From assembly GCA_022570905.1 (NCBI GenBank), contig JACZYV010000003.1, positions 1 through 49,320 of the forward strand: 49,320 bases of DNA, read 5' to 3'. Source of the DNA: Chloroflexota bacterium. GTDB lineage: Bacteria > Chloroflexota > Dehalococcoidia > Lucifugimonadales > UBA3495. Position numbers and translations under genes: made by a program. Under the pieces are notes generated by a model that worked only from the letters and a program-made list of their open reading frames with translations, made no database searches and was not told where the DNA came from. Positions 9,307-18,451 of this stretch are shown here, piece by piece (within the stretch, counting starts at the first letter, position 1; each line of letters starts with the position of its first letter).

Positions 9307-11535
9307 ATGGCCGCCACCCGTTCCGCCATCGGACGGTCCATCACCAGGGGAGAGGGCCCGGACAAGGTTTCAGGCAAAGCGGTTTACGCCGCCGACATCT
9401 CCTTGCCGGGCATGCTCTGGGGCAAGGTGCTCCGCAGTCCCTACCCCTACGCCCGCATCGTCAGCATCGACACCTCGCAGGCTGAGGCGTTGCCGGGCGT
9501 CCACGCCGTGGTCACCGGCCAAGACCTGCCCGACAACTTGATCGGCCGCCGCCTGGTGGACATGCCGGTGCTGGCCCAGGGCGTGGTGCGTTTCGTGGGA
9601 GAGAAGGTGGCCGCCGTGGCCGCCGACGACCCGGAGACCGCCGGCGAAGCCCTGCTGCTGATCGACGTGGAGTACGAGGAACTGACTCCGGTCTTCGACG
9701 CGGAAGAGGCCATGGCAGCAGACGCCCCGGACCTCCATCCCGATATGGAATCCTACCGGGGACTGCCCCAGCCTCCTTCCGGGATCAGGAACGCCTTCGC
9801 CCACATCACCTGGGAGAAGGGCGACATCGAGCAGGGGTTCCGGGAATCGGACCTGATCTTTGAGCACACCTTCAGCGCCCAGTTGATGCACCAGGCGTAC
9901 ATCGAGCCCCATGCCTGTCTGGTCAGCGCGGAAGATTCGGGCCAGGTACAGATCTGGGCCAATAACAAAGACCCCTATATGCTGCGCGACCAGCTTGCGG
10001 CAACTTGGAGCGTCCCCGCCGAGAGCATCGTCCTCCACCCAAGCACCATCGGCGGCGACTTCGGAGGCAAGGGCTCGTTCATGGATGTGCCCCTCTGCTA
10101 CTACCTGTCCAAACGCGCGGGCCGCCCCGTGAAGATGATCATGGACTACATCCAGGAATTGATGGCCGGCAACCCGCGCCACCCGGCGGTGATGACCATC
10201 AAGACCGGCGTGATGAAAGACGGCACGATCGTGGCCCGCCAGGCCAGGGCGGTGTTCGACAGCGGGGCCTACGGCGCTTTCAAGCCCACCGTGTACCTGC
10301 GTGGCGCCGACCACCTGTGCGGCGTCTACAAGGTGCCCCACGCCAGGATCGAAAGCTACACCGTCTACACCAACAACGTCCCACGGGGCCACATGCGCAG
10401 TCCCGCCAAGCCCCAGGTGGTGTTCGCCGTGGAGTCCCACATGGACATGATCGCCCAGGAGCTGGGTATGGACGCCTACCAGTTCCGGCTGATGAACGTG
10501 ATGCGCGACGGCGACTCCTCGCCCGTGGGGCATTACTGGCAGCAGATCAAAGCTTTGGAGACCTTGGAGGCAGCGGCCAAGGCGGCCGGTATCGGCCAAG
10601 AATTGCCGGCCAACACCGGCCGGGGCATGGCCATGACCGACCTGGTGCAGGGCACGGGCCAGTTCGCCGCCAAGATCAGTCTCAGCGATGAGGGCAATCC
10701 CCAACTGCACATGGCCTTCTGGGACACGGGCACCGGCTCCCACACCGTGCTGCGCCAGATGGTGGCCGAGGAACTGACGCTGGACACGGAAGACGTCCGG
10801 ATCGTCCTGGAGAATACGGCCAACATGCCCTACAGTTCCGGCTCCGGCGGCAGCCGGGTGATGCACACCGCCGGACTGGCGGTGGTGGGCGCGGCCCGGG
10901 AACTGCGCGGCAAACTGGTGGAGGCCGCCTCCCCGCTGCTGGACGCCCCGGAAGAGCAGGTGTCGATGGAGAACGGACGTCTGGTGGCGGCGGGACGCAG
11001 CATGAGCATCGCCGAGGTTATCGCCCGCACCGGCGGCGACGAATTGACCGGAGAGATTAGCGTGACCACGGAAACCCCGGAACTCACGTCATTCTGTACC
11101 CAGGTCGCCGAGGTCCATGTGGACCCGGAGACCGGCGAGATCACGGTCAACAAGATCGTCACCGCCCACGACATCGGAGCGATTCTGAACCCCCTCAATC
11201 ACCAGGGCCAGGTCGAGGGCGGGCTGATACAGGGACTGGGCTACGCCCTGATGGAGGAGCTGCAACTGGAAGACGGCCACATCTCCACCCTGAGCTTCGG
11301 TGACTACAAGATTCCCACCTCCGCCGACGTCCCGGTCATGGAGACCGTCCTGATCCAGGGCGACGCCGGCCCCGCCCCCTACGAAAGCAAGGGCATCGGC
11401 GAAAGCAGCAACATCCCCGTGGCCGGGGCCATCGCCAACGCCGTATTTGACGCCGTGGGCGTCCGCATCACGGACCTGCCGGTCACGGCGGACAAGGTGC
11501 TGGCGGCGTTGCGGGCTAAGGGGGCGGGCCGGTAA
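9307..11535 (+). CDS. Xanthine dehydrogenase-family molybdopterin-binding (large) subunit
   Basis: KVSGKAVYAADI, IGGDFGGKG, VDPETG, GQVEGG, DYKIPT, KGIGE motifs. Confidence 0.93.
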   Translation: MAATRSAIGRSITRGEGPDKVSGKAVYAADISLPGMLWGKVLRSPYPYARIVSIDTSQAEALPGVHAVVTGQDLPDNLIGRRLVDMPVLAQGVVRFVGEKVAAVAADDPETAGEALLLIDVEYEELTPVFDAEEAMAADAPDLHPDMESYRGLPQPPSGIRNAFAHITWEKGDIEQGFRESDLIFEHTFSAQLMHQAYIEPHACLVSAEDSGQVQIWANNKDPYMLRDQLAATWSVPAESIVLHPSTIGGDFGGKGSFMDVPLCYYLSKRAGRPVKMIMDYIQELMAGNPRHPAVMTIKTGVMKDGTIVARQARAVFDSGAYGAFKPTVYLRGADHLCGVYKVPHARIESYTVYTNNVPRGHMRSPAKPQVVFAVESHMDMIAQELGMDAYQFRLMNVMRDGDSSPVGHYWQQIKALETLEAAAKAAGIGQELPANTGRGMAMTDLVQGTGQFAAKISLSDEGNPQLHMAFWDTGTGSHTVLRQMVAEELTLDTEDVRIVLENTANMPYSSGSGGSRVMHTAGLAVVGAARELRGKLVEAASPLLDAPEEQVSMENGRLVAAGRSMSIAEVIARTGGDELTGEISVTTETPELTSFCTQVAEVHVDPETGEITVNKIVTAHDIGAILNPLNHQGQVEGGLIQGLGYALMEELQLEDGHISTLSFGDYKIPTSADVPVMETVLIQGDAGPAPYESKGIGESSNIPVAGAIANAVFDAVGVRITDLPVTADKVLAALRAKGAGR

Positions 11536-11580
11536 TCACATATATCGTGTGCGTCAAACATGTGTATAATTAATGTGATT
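11534..11580 (+). promoter_or_regulatory. Promoter/operator of the TA module
   Basis: TATAAT at 11565-11570, flanked by the inverted repeat AATCACAT (11534)...ATGTGATT (11580); AT-rich. Confidence 0.6.
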
Positions 11581-11603
11581 GTTTGACCAGGAGGTCTTGA
11601 GCC

Positions 11604-11867
11604 ATGCGAACACACGTGATCTTGCCTGAGGACCTCGTTAGATCGGTGGATGCCCTGGCGGGCAAGGGCAAACGAAGCCAGTTCATCGAAGAGGCGATTC
11701 GGGAGAAAGTGCGGATAGACACCCTCCGTGCGGCACTTGAAGCGACTGCGGGAGCCTTTTCGGCAAAAGATCATCCTCACTGGGACACCCCGGAAAAAGT
11801 AGCATCCTGGGTTAGAGAGTCTCGGCGGGAGAGCGATAAACGCATCGACAGGTTCCGACGTGGCTAA
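11604..11867 (+). CDS. vapB: VapB-type antitoxin (RHH/CopG)
   Basis: MRTHVILPEDL...VDALAG..KRSQFIEEA; overlaps the PIN gene by 8 nt; AGGAGG RBS. Confidence 0.85.
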   Translation: MRTHVILPEDLVRSVDALAGKGKRSQFIEEAIREKVRIDTLRAALEATAGAFSAKDHPHWDTPEKVASWVRESRRESDKRIDRFRRG

Positions 11868-12246
11868 CTACCTTTTGGACACAACGGTGTTGGTAGATTT
11901 TTTGAACGGACGGCGGGAAATAGTAGATATGGTGAACTCTTTATCCGGCCAGCAGGATCGATTAGGGGTGTGCTGCGTCAGCGTCGCAGAACTTTATGCA
12001 GGAACCGACCAGGGGAGCCGTCCTGTGGCAGACCGGTTAATCAGTGCTTTGGAATTCTACGATGTGTCGCTGGCGGCGGCCAAGGAGGCCGGGCGGTACC
12101 GATACGAGTTTGCCCGGAAAGGAATCTCCCTCTCGACCGCTGACACCCTGATCGCCGCAACTGCGATCGACCAAGATGCGACTCTAATCACCGCCAACGC
12201 CAAGGACTTCCCCATGGAAGAGATCGAACTATTGGAACACTCGTAA
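11860..12246 (+). CDS. vapC: VapC-type PIN-domain toxin
   Basis: YLLDTT, ELYAG, ADTLIAATA, LITANAKDF acidic PIN motifs. Confidence 0.92.
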   Translation: MANYLLDTTVLVDFLNGRREIVDMVNSLSGQQDRLGVCCVSVAELYAGTDQGSRPVADRLISALEFYDVSLAAAKEAGRYRYEFARKGISLSTADTLIAATAIDQDATLITANAKDFPMEEIELLEHS

Positions 12247-12248
12247 AG

Positions 12249-13247
12249 ATGCGATTTGGAATGTTCGGGAGCGCGCAGGCGAAGCGGGGCGGACCCAACG
12301 ATGATAGCGGGGCCGGGTTCCGGGAGTTTGTCGAACGCAATGTTGAAGCGGAATCCCTGGGCTATCACAGCACCTTCCTGGTGGAGCACCACTTTACCGG
12401 CTTCGGCCAGGTGTCCGCGACGCTGAATCTGCTCACCTGGATCGGGGCCCGCACGACGACATTGCGCCTGGGCACCGCGGTCATCGTGCTCCCCTGGCAC
12501 AACCCCGTTCTGCTGGCGGAACAGATCGCCACCCTGGACCTCTTATCGAATGGCCGGGTCGACGCCGGGATCGGCAAGGGATACCGGCTCAAGGAGTTCG
12601 AGGGGTTTTCCGTTTCGATCGAGGAGGCGGACGCCCGCTTCGACGAGTGTCTGGAGGTCATGATAAAAGCCTGGACCTCGGATACTCCATGGTCGCACCA
12701 GGGGACCTACTGGCAATATCACGAGGTGGTGGTCGAGCCGCCCAGCACCCAAAAGCCCCACCCCCAATTGTGGATGGGCGCCGGCAGCCCCAGGTCCATC
12801 AAACAGGTCGCCAAGCTGGGCTTCAACATGCTATTGGGCCAGTTCGATTCGTTCGAAATGATCGCCGAAGAAATCGCCCTCTTCAAGTCGGAGGTCGAAT
12901 CCCTGGGACGCACCTTCGACCCAATGAGCGTGGCGGTGGCCCGCTCCGTCAATATCATCGACTCCTTGGACGAATATGACCAGGCCATCGAGAACCGGAT
13001 GGCAGCGCGCCGCCGGACCCAGAACCTCGCCCTGCGTCCTGATTTCCAGGACACCCGCGAGTCAGCCGAAGCCGGGACCATCTATGGCTCGGCGGACCAA
13101 GTCAGCGAAAAGATCCAGGACCTCCGCGAGATCGGCGTCGAGTACGTTCTGCTCAACAGCCCGGCGGGCATCTCTACATTGCGGCGTTTCGCCAAGGACG
13201 TGATGCCCGGGTTCGCCGGCTGCCCTCAAGTGGCCGCGAAACCTTGA
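12249..13247 (+). CDS. LLM-class flavin-dependent monooxygenase
   Basis: VEHHF, LRLGTAVIVLPWHNP, AEQIATLDLLSNGR, QKPHP motifs. Confidence 0.93.
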   Translation: MRFGMFGSAQAKRGGPNDDSGAGFREFVERNVEAESLGYHSTFLVEHHFTGFGQVSATLNLLTWIGARTTTLRLGTAVIVLPWHNPVLLAEQIATLDLLSNGRVDAGIGKGYRLKEFEGFSVSIEEADARFDECLEVMIKAWTSDTPWSHQGTYWQYHEVVVEPPSTQKPHPQLWMGAGSPRSIKQVAKLGFNMLLGQFDSFEMIAEEIALFKSEVESLGRTFDPMSVAVARSVNIIDSLDEYDQAIENRMAARRRTQNLALRPDFQDTRESAEAGTIYGSADQVSEKIQDLREIGVEYVLLNSPAGISTLRRFAKDVMPGFAGCPQVAAKP

Positions 13248-13296
13248 CCCAAAGCCTTCGCTTCCGCAACGGCTCCGGCCCACCCGGACAAGGCCG

Positions 13297-13329
13297 AAAA
13301 GAAAAAGGCCCCTCAGCCGAGGGGCCTTT
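13297..13329. terminator. Intrinsic terminator, stronger on the minus strand
   Basis: AAAGGCCCCTC-AGCC-GAGGGGCCTTT stem with an A-tract on its left (U-tail on the minus strand). Confidence 0.8.
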
Positions 13330-13388
13330 GGTTATCCATATTCGTTGGGCAAAAAAAGAGCGCTTTCAACAATTTCTGAAAACGCTCC
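13297..13388 (-). ncRNA. Candidate small RNA
   Basis: Bounded by a minus-strand promoter (13392-13421) and two hairpin plus U-tract structures; no convincing ORF. Confidence 0.4.
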
Positions 13389-13391
13389 GCT

Positions 13392-13421
13392 ATCATAGCA
13401 TGCGGAAAGCAGTCTTGTCAA
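13392..13421 (-). promoter_or_regulatory. Sigma70-type promoter
   Basis: Minus strand reads TTGACA-18 nt-TATGAT with an extended TG. Confidence 0.6.
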
Positions 13422-13593
13422 CATTTTGTGCCTAAGACCCAGATATACCACGTTACAGCGGACCAGGGCGAGCAACCCGTTGAGGCGTTGGGTCTTATCC
13501 GATAGGGATGACGCTCGGAATCGACGCACGGATTTTATATAATGGGTCATCTAAATTATCGCTTGAAAACCCTCGGAGGAACGCCAACCTAAA

Positions 13594-14358
13594 ATGCGAA
13601 CCAACACCACCAAGGCCAAACTGGCCGAAGGCAAAGTGGTCTACGGCGCCATCGTCAGCCGTTTCGCCCCCGACATCGTCGAGATCTTCGGGGCCATCGG
13701 CTACGACTTCGTGATGATCGATTGCGAACACGGCCCCATGGACCTGGACCAGGTAGAGCACATGGTCCGGGCCGCCGAATCGTTCGGCATCACCCCCATC
13801 GCCAGAATACCGAACCACGAAGATTCCACCATCCTGCGTTTCTTGGACCGGGGCGTGCAGGGGATAATCGTGCCCCACATCAACACCAAAGAAGATGCCG
13901 AGTCGGTGGCCCAGGCGGCCCGTTACTACCCTGACGGCCACCGTGGTATGGCAGGCAGCGGGCGCGCCCATGATTACGGGATGGGAGGCGCCGATTCAAC
14001 CGCCTGGATCAACTCCCAGGTCCTGGTGATTCCCATGGCCGAGGAGACCCAAGCAGTGGACAACCTGGACGAGATTCTGAGCGTCCCCGGCATAGACGTG
14101 GTCCACGTGGCCGCCAGTGACCTGGGCCAGAGCATGGGCAATCCGGGGCGCGAGAAGGTCCGGGAAGTGATGGGCCAGGTCATCCCCAGGATCAGGGCTT
14201 CTGGCAAAAGCTGTGGCGCCGGCGGCAACTCGCCGGCCGACGCCGCCGGAGTGGCCGAATTCATAAACCTCGGAGCGAATTTCATCACCGTGTCTTCCCA
14301 GGGCCTGCTGCGGCTGGCCGGGCAAGATTTTCTCAAGCGAGTGGAAGCAGCCCTTTAA
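13594..14358 (+). CDS. HpcH/HpaI aldolase family protein
   Basis: GYDFVMIDCEHG, LDRGVQGIIVPHI, YYPDGHRG, DLGQSMG. Confidence 0.92.
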   Translation: MRTNTTKAKLAEGKVVYGAIVSRFAPDIVEIFGAIGYDFVMIDCEHGPMDLDQVEHMVRAAESFGITPIARIPNHEDSTILRFLDRGVQGIIVPHINTKEDAESVAQAARYYPDGHRGMAGSGRAHDYGMGGADSTAWINSQVLVIPMAEETQAVDNLDEILSVPGIDVVHVAASDLGQSMGNPGREKVREVMGQVIPRIRASGKSCGAGGNSPADAAGVAEFINLGANFITVSSQGLLRLAGQDFLKRVEAAL

Positions 14359-14390
14359 CCTCCCGCGGATTCGCTCTGAACGAGTAAAAA

Positions 14391-15965
14391 ATGCTTGACC
14401 TACTAATCACCAACGGCCTGGTAATCGACGGCTCCGGCAGCCCCGGCTTCTATGCCGCGGTCCTGGTGGAGGGTGACGTGGTCACCGTCCAGCGGGGCGA
14501 CGTGTCGCACCTGGAGGCGGCGCGGACCATCGACGCCACGGGTTATGTGGTGTGTCCCGGTTTTATTGATTTGCACTCCCACGCCGGGTTGACGATTCTT
14601 GGCGAACCGCACCATGATCCAAAAGTCCGGCAGGGCGTGACCACCGAACTGGTGGGCATCGACGGCATCTCCCACGCCCCGTTCAAGACCAGCGAAGAGC
14701 AGGAACGCTACATCTGGCTGGACTCGGGGCTGAACGGCTACCCGCCCCTGCCCGCCGACTGGCTGACCGTGGCCGGCCAGTTGGACAAGTACGACAACTC
14801 GGTGGCCATCAACATGGCCTTCATCCTGGGCAACTCTCCGGTGCGCATCTGGAGCGTGGGCTGGAACGACCGGCCCGCCACCGCCGCCGAGCTTGAGGAC
14901 ATGAAATCGGTGGTGCGGGAGGCCATGGAAGAGGGCGCGTGGGGACTCTCCACCGGCTTGGACTATCCGCCGGGCGCCTACGCCAGCACCTCAGAATTAG
15001 CCGAGTTGGCCGGAGTGGCCGCCCGGCTTGGCGGTCACTACCACACCCACACCCGCGCCAGCCTAAAATCCAAGGGACTGATGGCGCCCTGGGAAGAAGC
15101 TTTGGAGATCGGCCGGGGCGGAGACTGCCCGGTGCATCTGACCCACTACCGGCAGGGCGCTGCCGGCGTGGGCAGTCATCTGGACTACATCGGCCTGGTG
15201 GAAAAAGCCCGCGATGAGGGCATGGACGTGACCTTCGACTGCTACACCTATCCTTACTCAGGAACCACGGTGACCATCGGCCTGCCCCATTGGGCCAAGG
15301 ACGGCGGACCGGAGCGCCTGATGGCCGCCCTCAAGGACGCCGACGACCGGGAACGGATGAAGCGGGAGCTCTCCCGGGACCGGCTGGAGAACAACTGGCT
15401 GACCAACTTCACCCAGCCCCAGAACCAGCAGTACGACGGCAAGCTGATCACCGACATCGCCGATATGCGGGGCCAGGACCCGGCCGACGCACTGTTCGAC
15501 CTGCTGATCGAGGAGAACCTGGGAATCTCCACCGTGGGACTGGGCACCAACGCCGAGACCCTCTACGCCTTTGTGTCCCACCCGGCGGGCATGATCGCCA
15601 GCGACTCCATCCTCTTCGGCGAATACCCCAATCCCCGGACCTATGGCTGCTTCCCCATCGTGCTGGCCGAGTTCGTCCGGGCCGAGCAGCACCTGAAGCT
15701 GCCCGAGGCCATCCGGAAGATGACTTCATTCCCCGCCCAGCGTCTGGGCCTGCCCGACCGGGGGCTGCTGCGGGACGGCTTCAAGGCCGACATCGTCATC
15801 TTCAACCCCGAAACGGTCAAGACCCACGCCACCAAAGACGACCCCAAGCACTATCCGGTGGGCATCGATTACGTGATCGTGAACGGCCAAGTGGTCATCG
15901 AGAACGGCGAAAACACAGGAGTTCTGCCGGGCCGCTCCCTGCGCCGGGGACGGGCGTCAACTTAA
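14391..15965 (+). CDS. N-acyl-D-amino-acid deacylase (D-aminoacylase)
   Basis: PGFIDLHSH, QGVTTE, GLSTGLDYPPG, PRTYGCFP, RKMTSFPA. Confidence 0.92.
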   Translation: MLDLLITNGLVIDGSGSPGFYAAVLVEGDVVTVQRGDVSHLEAARTIDATGYVVCPGFIDLHSHAGLTILGEPHHDPKVRQGVTTELVGIDGISHAPFKTSEEQERYIWLDSGLNGYPPLPADWLTVAGQLDKYDNSVAINMAFILGNSPVRIWSVGWNDRPATAAELEDMKSVVREAMEEGAWGLSTGLDYPPGAYASTSELAELAGVAARLGGHYHTHTRASLKSKGLMAPWEEALEIGRGGDCPVHLTHYRQGAAGVGSHLDYIGLVEKARDEGMDVTFDCYTYPYSGTTVTIGLPHWAKDGGPERLMAALKDADDRERMKRELSRDRLENNWLTNFTQPQNQQYDGKLITDIADMRGQDPADALFDLLIEENLGISTVGLGTNAETLYAFVSHPAGMIASDSILFGEYPNPRTYGCFPIVLAEFVRAEQHLKLPEAIRKMTSFPAQRLGLPDRGLLRDGFKADIVIFNPETVKTHATKDDPKHYPVGIDYVIVNGQVVIENGENTGVLPGRSLRRGRAST

Positions 15966-16166
15966 CGGTTATCAAGCCAGTATCTAAGCCGGTATCAATG
16001 TGGATATTATTCCCGGCGTTGAAAGTAATTTCCATCTTAAAATTCGCACCCGGCCTTTCGGCGAGTTGAACTCCCTCCGGTAAGCAACCTAACCCAGTTA
16101 TGAGACAATGGCGAACGTCGTGTCTCAAACGCCGTGACTCAAGAAACATTCGTGGGGTGACTCTAG

Positions 16167-17084
16167 ATGGCCGCTGAAACTGGTCTGAAGAAAGTTAGGA
16201 TAGCCGCGATGAACCCAGTCCACGACCTGGCTGTCTTGGTCGCCCATGACGAAGGGCTATTCGAGAAGGAAGGGCTTGACGTTGAGATCCTGAACAACCC
16301 CGGGTCCGGTACGCTCAGCGGAGACCGGGAGGGTCTTGAAAAGGGCGTGTTCGACCGCGCTATGTGGTCTCCCTACAACACCGGAGAAGTTGACCAGTAC
16401 CGCATGTGCGAATGGGGCGTGATGAAGCGCACCGTTGAAGCGGCTTCTAGCAGCCAAAGACCGGCGAAGATAGTGGCGCTCGGCGCGGCCATGTCCAAGA
16501 TGGCTATCATCACCGGTCCGAAAAGCCGCATCTACGAACCGGAGCAATTGAAGAACACGCCGGTGGCGGTGAGTACGTTCAACGGGTCACACTTCACCAC
16601 CCTGAAGATGCTGGAAGGTTTTGTCAGAAAAGAAGAGATCCAGACAACCAGCGGCGGGACGATGCAAGAGCGGTTGGAGGCCGTAAAGAAGGGAGAAGTT
16701 GCCGCCGGGAATTTTTACGAGCCCTGGATCAGCATCGCGCAGAAGCAAGGGCTCAGGGTCCTCATGGAAAGCCACTCAACCCGCAGCGAGGCAGCCAGCG
16801 AGGAGTTGGACGGGCCCACACTGGCCGCCATGTTCCGGGCCGAAGCCGTAGCCGCTGAGATGATCAACGCCGATACGAAAAAATATGCTCACTATTTCAT
16901 CGAGGAGGTCCAGGGCTTGCTCGAACCCGGTGAGTTCCAGGACTGGCGCTTGCTCTACGGCCCGCCCGTGCCCTACACCCGGGAACGGTTCGACGATACC
17001 TACGCTTGGATGCTGGGCTATCAAGGATTGATCGAGTCCGGTTCCACCTACGAACAAGTGGTGGACAACCGGGCCTGGGAATAG
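16167..17084 (+). CDS. SsuA/NMT1/THI5-like binding-protein-fold protein, no signal peptide
   Basis: VA-x-DEGLFEKEGLDVE N-terminal motif; CEWG motif; no hydrophobic leader; no permease or ATPase nearby. Confidence 0.8.
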   Translation: MAAETGLKKVRIAAMNPVHDLAVLVAHDEGLFEKEGLDVEILNNPGSGTLSGDREGLEKGVFDRAMWSPYNTGEVDQYRMCEWGVMKRTVEAASSSQRPAKIVALGAAMSKMAIITGPKSRIYEPEQLKNTPVAVSTFNGSHFTTLKMLEGFVRKEEIQTTSGGTMQERLEAVKKGEVAAGNFYEPWISIAQKQGLRVLMESHSTRSEAASEELDGPTLAAMFRAEAVAAEMINADTKKYAHYFIEEVQGLLEPGEFQDWRLLYGPPVPYTRERFDDTYAWMLGYQGLIESGSTYEQVVDNRAWE

Positions 17085-17324
17085 TCCTAGGCGCCCTTGC
17101 GGTACTGAGTTGACCCGGTGTCCCCTTGAAGGGGAAATGTGCCCTCACCCACGTCTGGGGAAGATCAGGTCCGGCGAAGTCCTGACTCTCGACCTAGCCG
17201 GAGGTGGGCAAGCCCGCTAGTCCGGAAACGCAGGAGGCGATCCGCGCGCTGCGAGAGGCCGCGGTAGCCAGCCGGTAAGCCCCAGCTCCCAGCGACAACA
17301 GAAGAGCGGAAACCAGGCGACAAG

Positions 17325-17362
17325 ATCGGGCCATGCTGCTTGACCAGCATGGCCCGATTTTT
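17325..17362 (+). terminator. Intrinsic terminator
   Basis: 14-bp stem ATCGGGCCATGCTG/CAGCATGGCCCGAT followed by a T-run. Confidence 0.75.
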
Positions 17363-17456
17363 GCATCGCTAAAGACCGGTGGTTTTCCGATGATGCGCCG
17401 AGGGCAAGTCTTGGGACCGTCTCCGCCATTCGCTTCAGCGCGCCAGGATGTCCGGT

Positions 17457-18326
17457 TTACCCGATGTGTTGGTCGATGAATGCCGTCATCTGCTCGAGCG
17501 TCTGCTTTGCGACGTCGGAAGAGAGATCGCGCAGCAGACCTTCGCCCTCCCCCTCGAAGAAATTCACGTCCATCTGGCCACCGGCTTTCTGGTATTGCCG
17601 GATGAACTCGTCGCTATCAGGGCGGGGATGTCCCGCCTCGTAACTGCGTGCTAGGAACAGCGCGGGCGGCAGGGCTGTGCGCTCGCCGCGGTCCAAGATG
17701 CGCGCCGGGGCCGCCTCGGCCATGGCCTCTTCCGTCACCCAGTACTGGTCATGCATGGGGACCACTCGCTCGGCCATCCCTTCGGGCGGAGTGCAATCAT
17801 CTCTCAGCCCTTTGGCATAGTGATAACGTCCCAACGGATCGATGACCGGAGAGACCAGGATCACGCAGCCCAGAGTGCCATCAACAGCGGCGGCGCCTGC
17901 CGGTAGCGGCAGCGCAGCGTAGCGGGAGTCGTCTGGGCGCATCCCGAGGAGCATGGCCTGGTGCGCGCCACTGGATGTGCCCATCGCGCCGATGCTGTCC
18001 GGGCGGCCGTTCCAGCCGGCAGCCTGGGTCTTAGCCCAACGAATCCCATAGTGTATGTCGGCCAGAGAGGCCGGATACGGCGCCTCCGGCGGCACGCGAA
18101 AATCCAGCGCCACCACAATCACGCCATTCTTAGCCAACGCCTCGTTGGCGGCGTTGCCGTTCAGTCGGTCTCCCCGGACCCAAGCCCCCCCATGCAGTTC
18201 GACCATGATTGGGAACGGTCCGCTGCCTTCCGGCTTGAAGACACGAGCCAATAGGGGCGTTGTGCCATGGCTGAGATATTCCACATCCGCGATGTCGACT
18301 TCATACGTTTGCATGCTAGTAGCCAT
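17457..18326 (-). CDS. Alpha/beta hydrolase (HSL-like esterase)
   Basis: HGGAW oxyanion motif, APYPA, nucleophile elbow GTSSG. Confidence 0.88.
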   Translation of the reverse strand: MATSMQTYEVDIADVEYLSHGTTPLLARVFKPEGSGPFPIMVELHGGAWVRGDRLNGNAANEALAKNGVIVVALDFRVPPEAPYPASLADIHYGIRWAKTQAAGWNGRPDSIGAMGTSSGAHQAMLLGMRPDDSRYAALPLPAGAAAVDGTLGCVILVSPVIDPLGRYHYAKGLRDDCTPPEGMAERVVPMHDQYWVTEEAMAEAAPARILDRGERTALPPALFLARSYEAGHPRPDSDEFIRQYQKAGGQMDVNFFEGEGEGLLRDLSSDVAKQTLEQMTAFIDQHIG

Positions 18327-18451
18327 TCAGAGGCTCCTTTTCCAACAGGCCGTGAGATTTAGGTGACGCAAAGTTACAAGCTGTTGGCCTGTCCGTCAAT
18401 ACGCCGGGTCCCGTGTGCCGACCGGCCTTGGGTGAAGCGCCAAGATGAAGG

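Noticed and set aside
9370-10866. 498-aa minus-strand ORF (and similar long ORFs opposite nhaA, purA, purQ, dapA, dapB, asd, pnp)
   Set aside because: Codon-mirror shadows of well-supported genes, with no independent RBS or domain signal.
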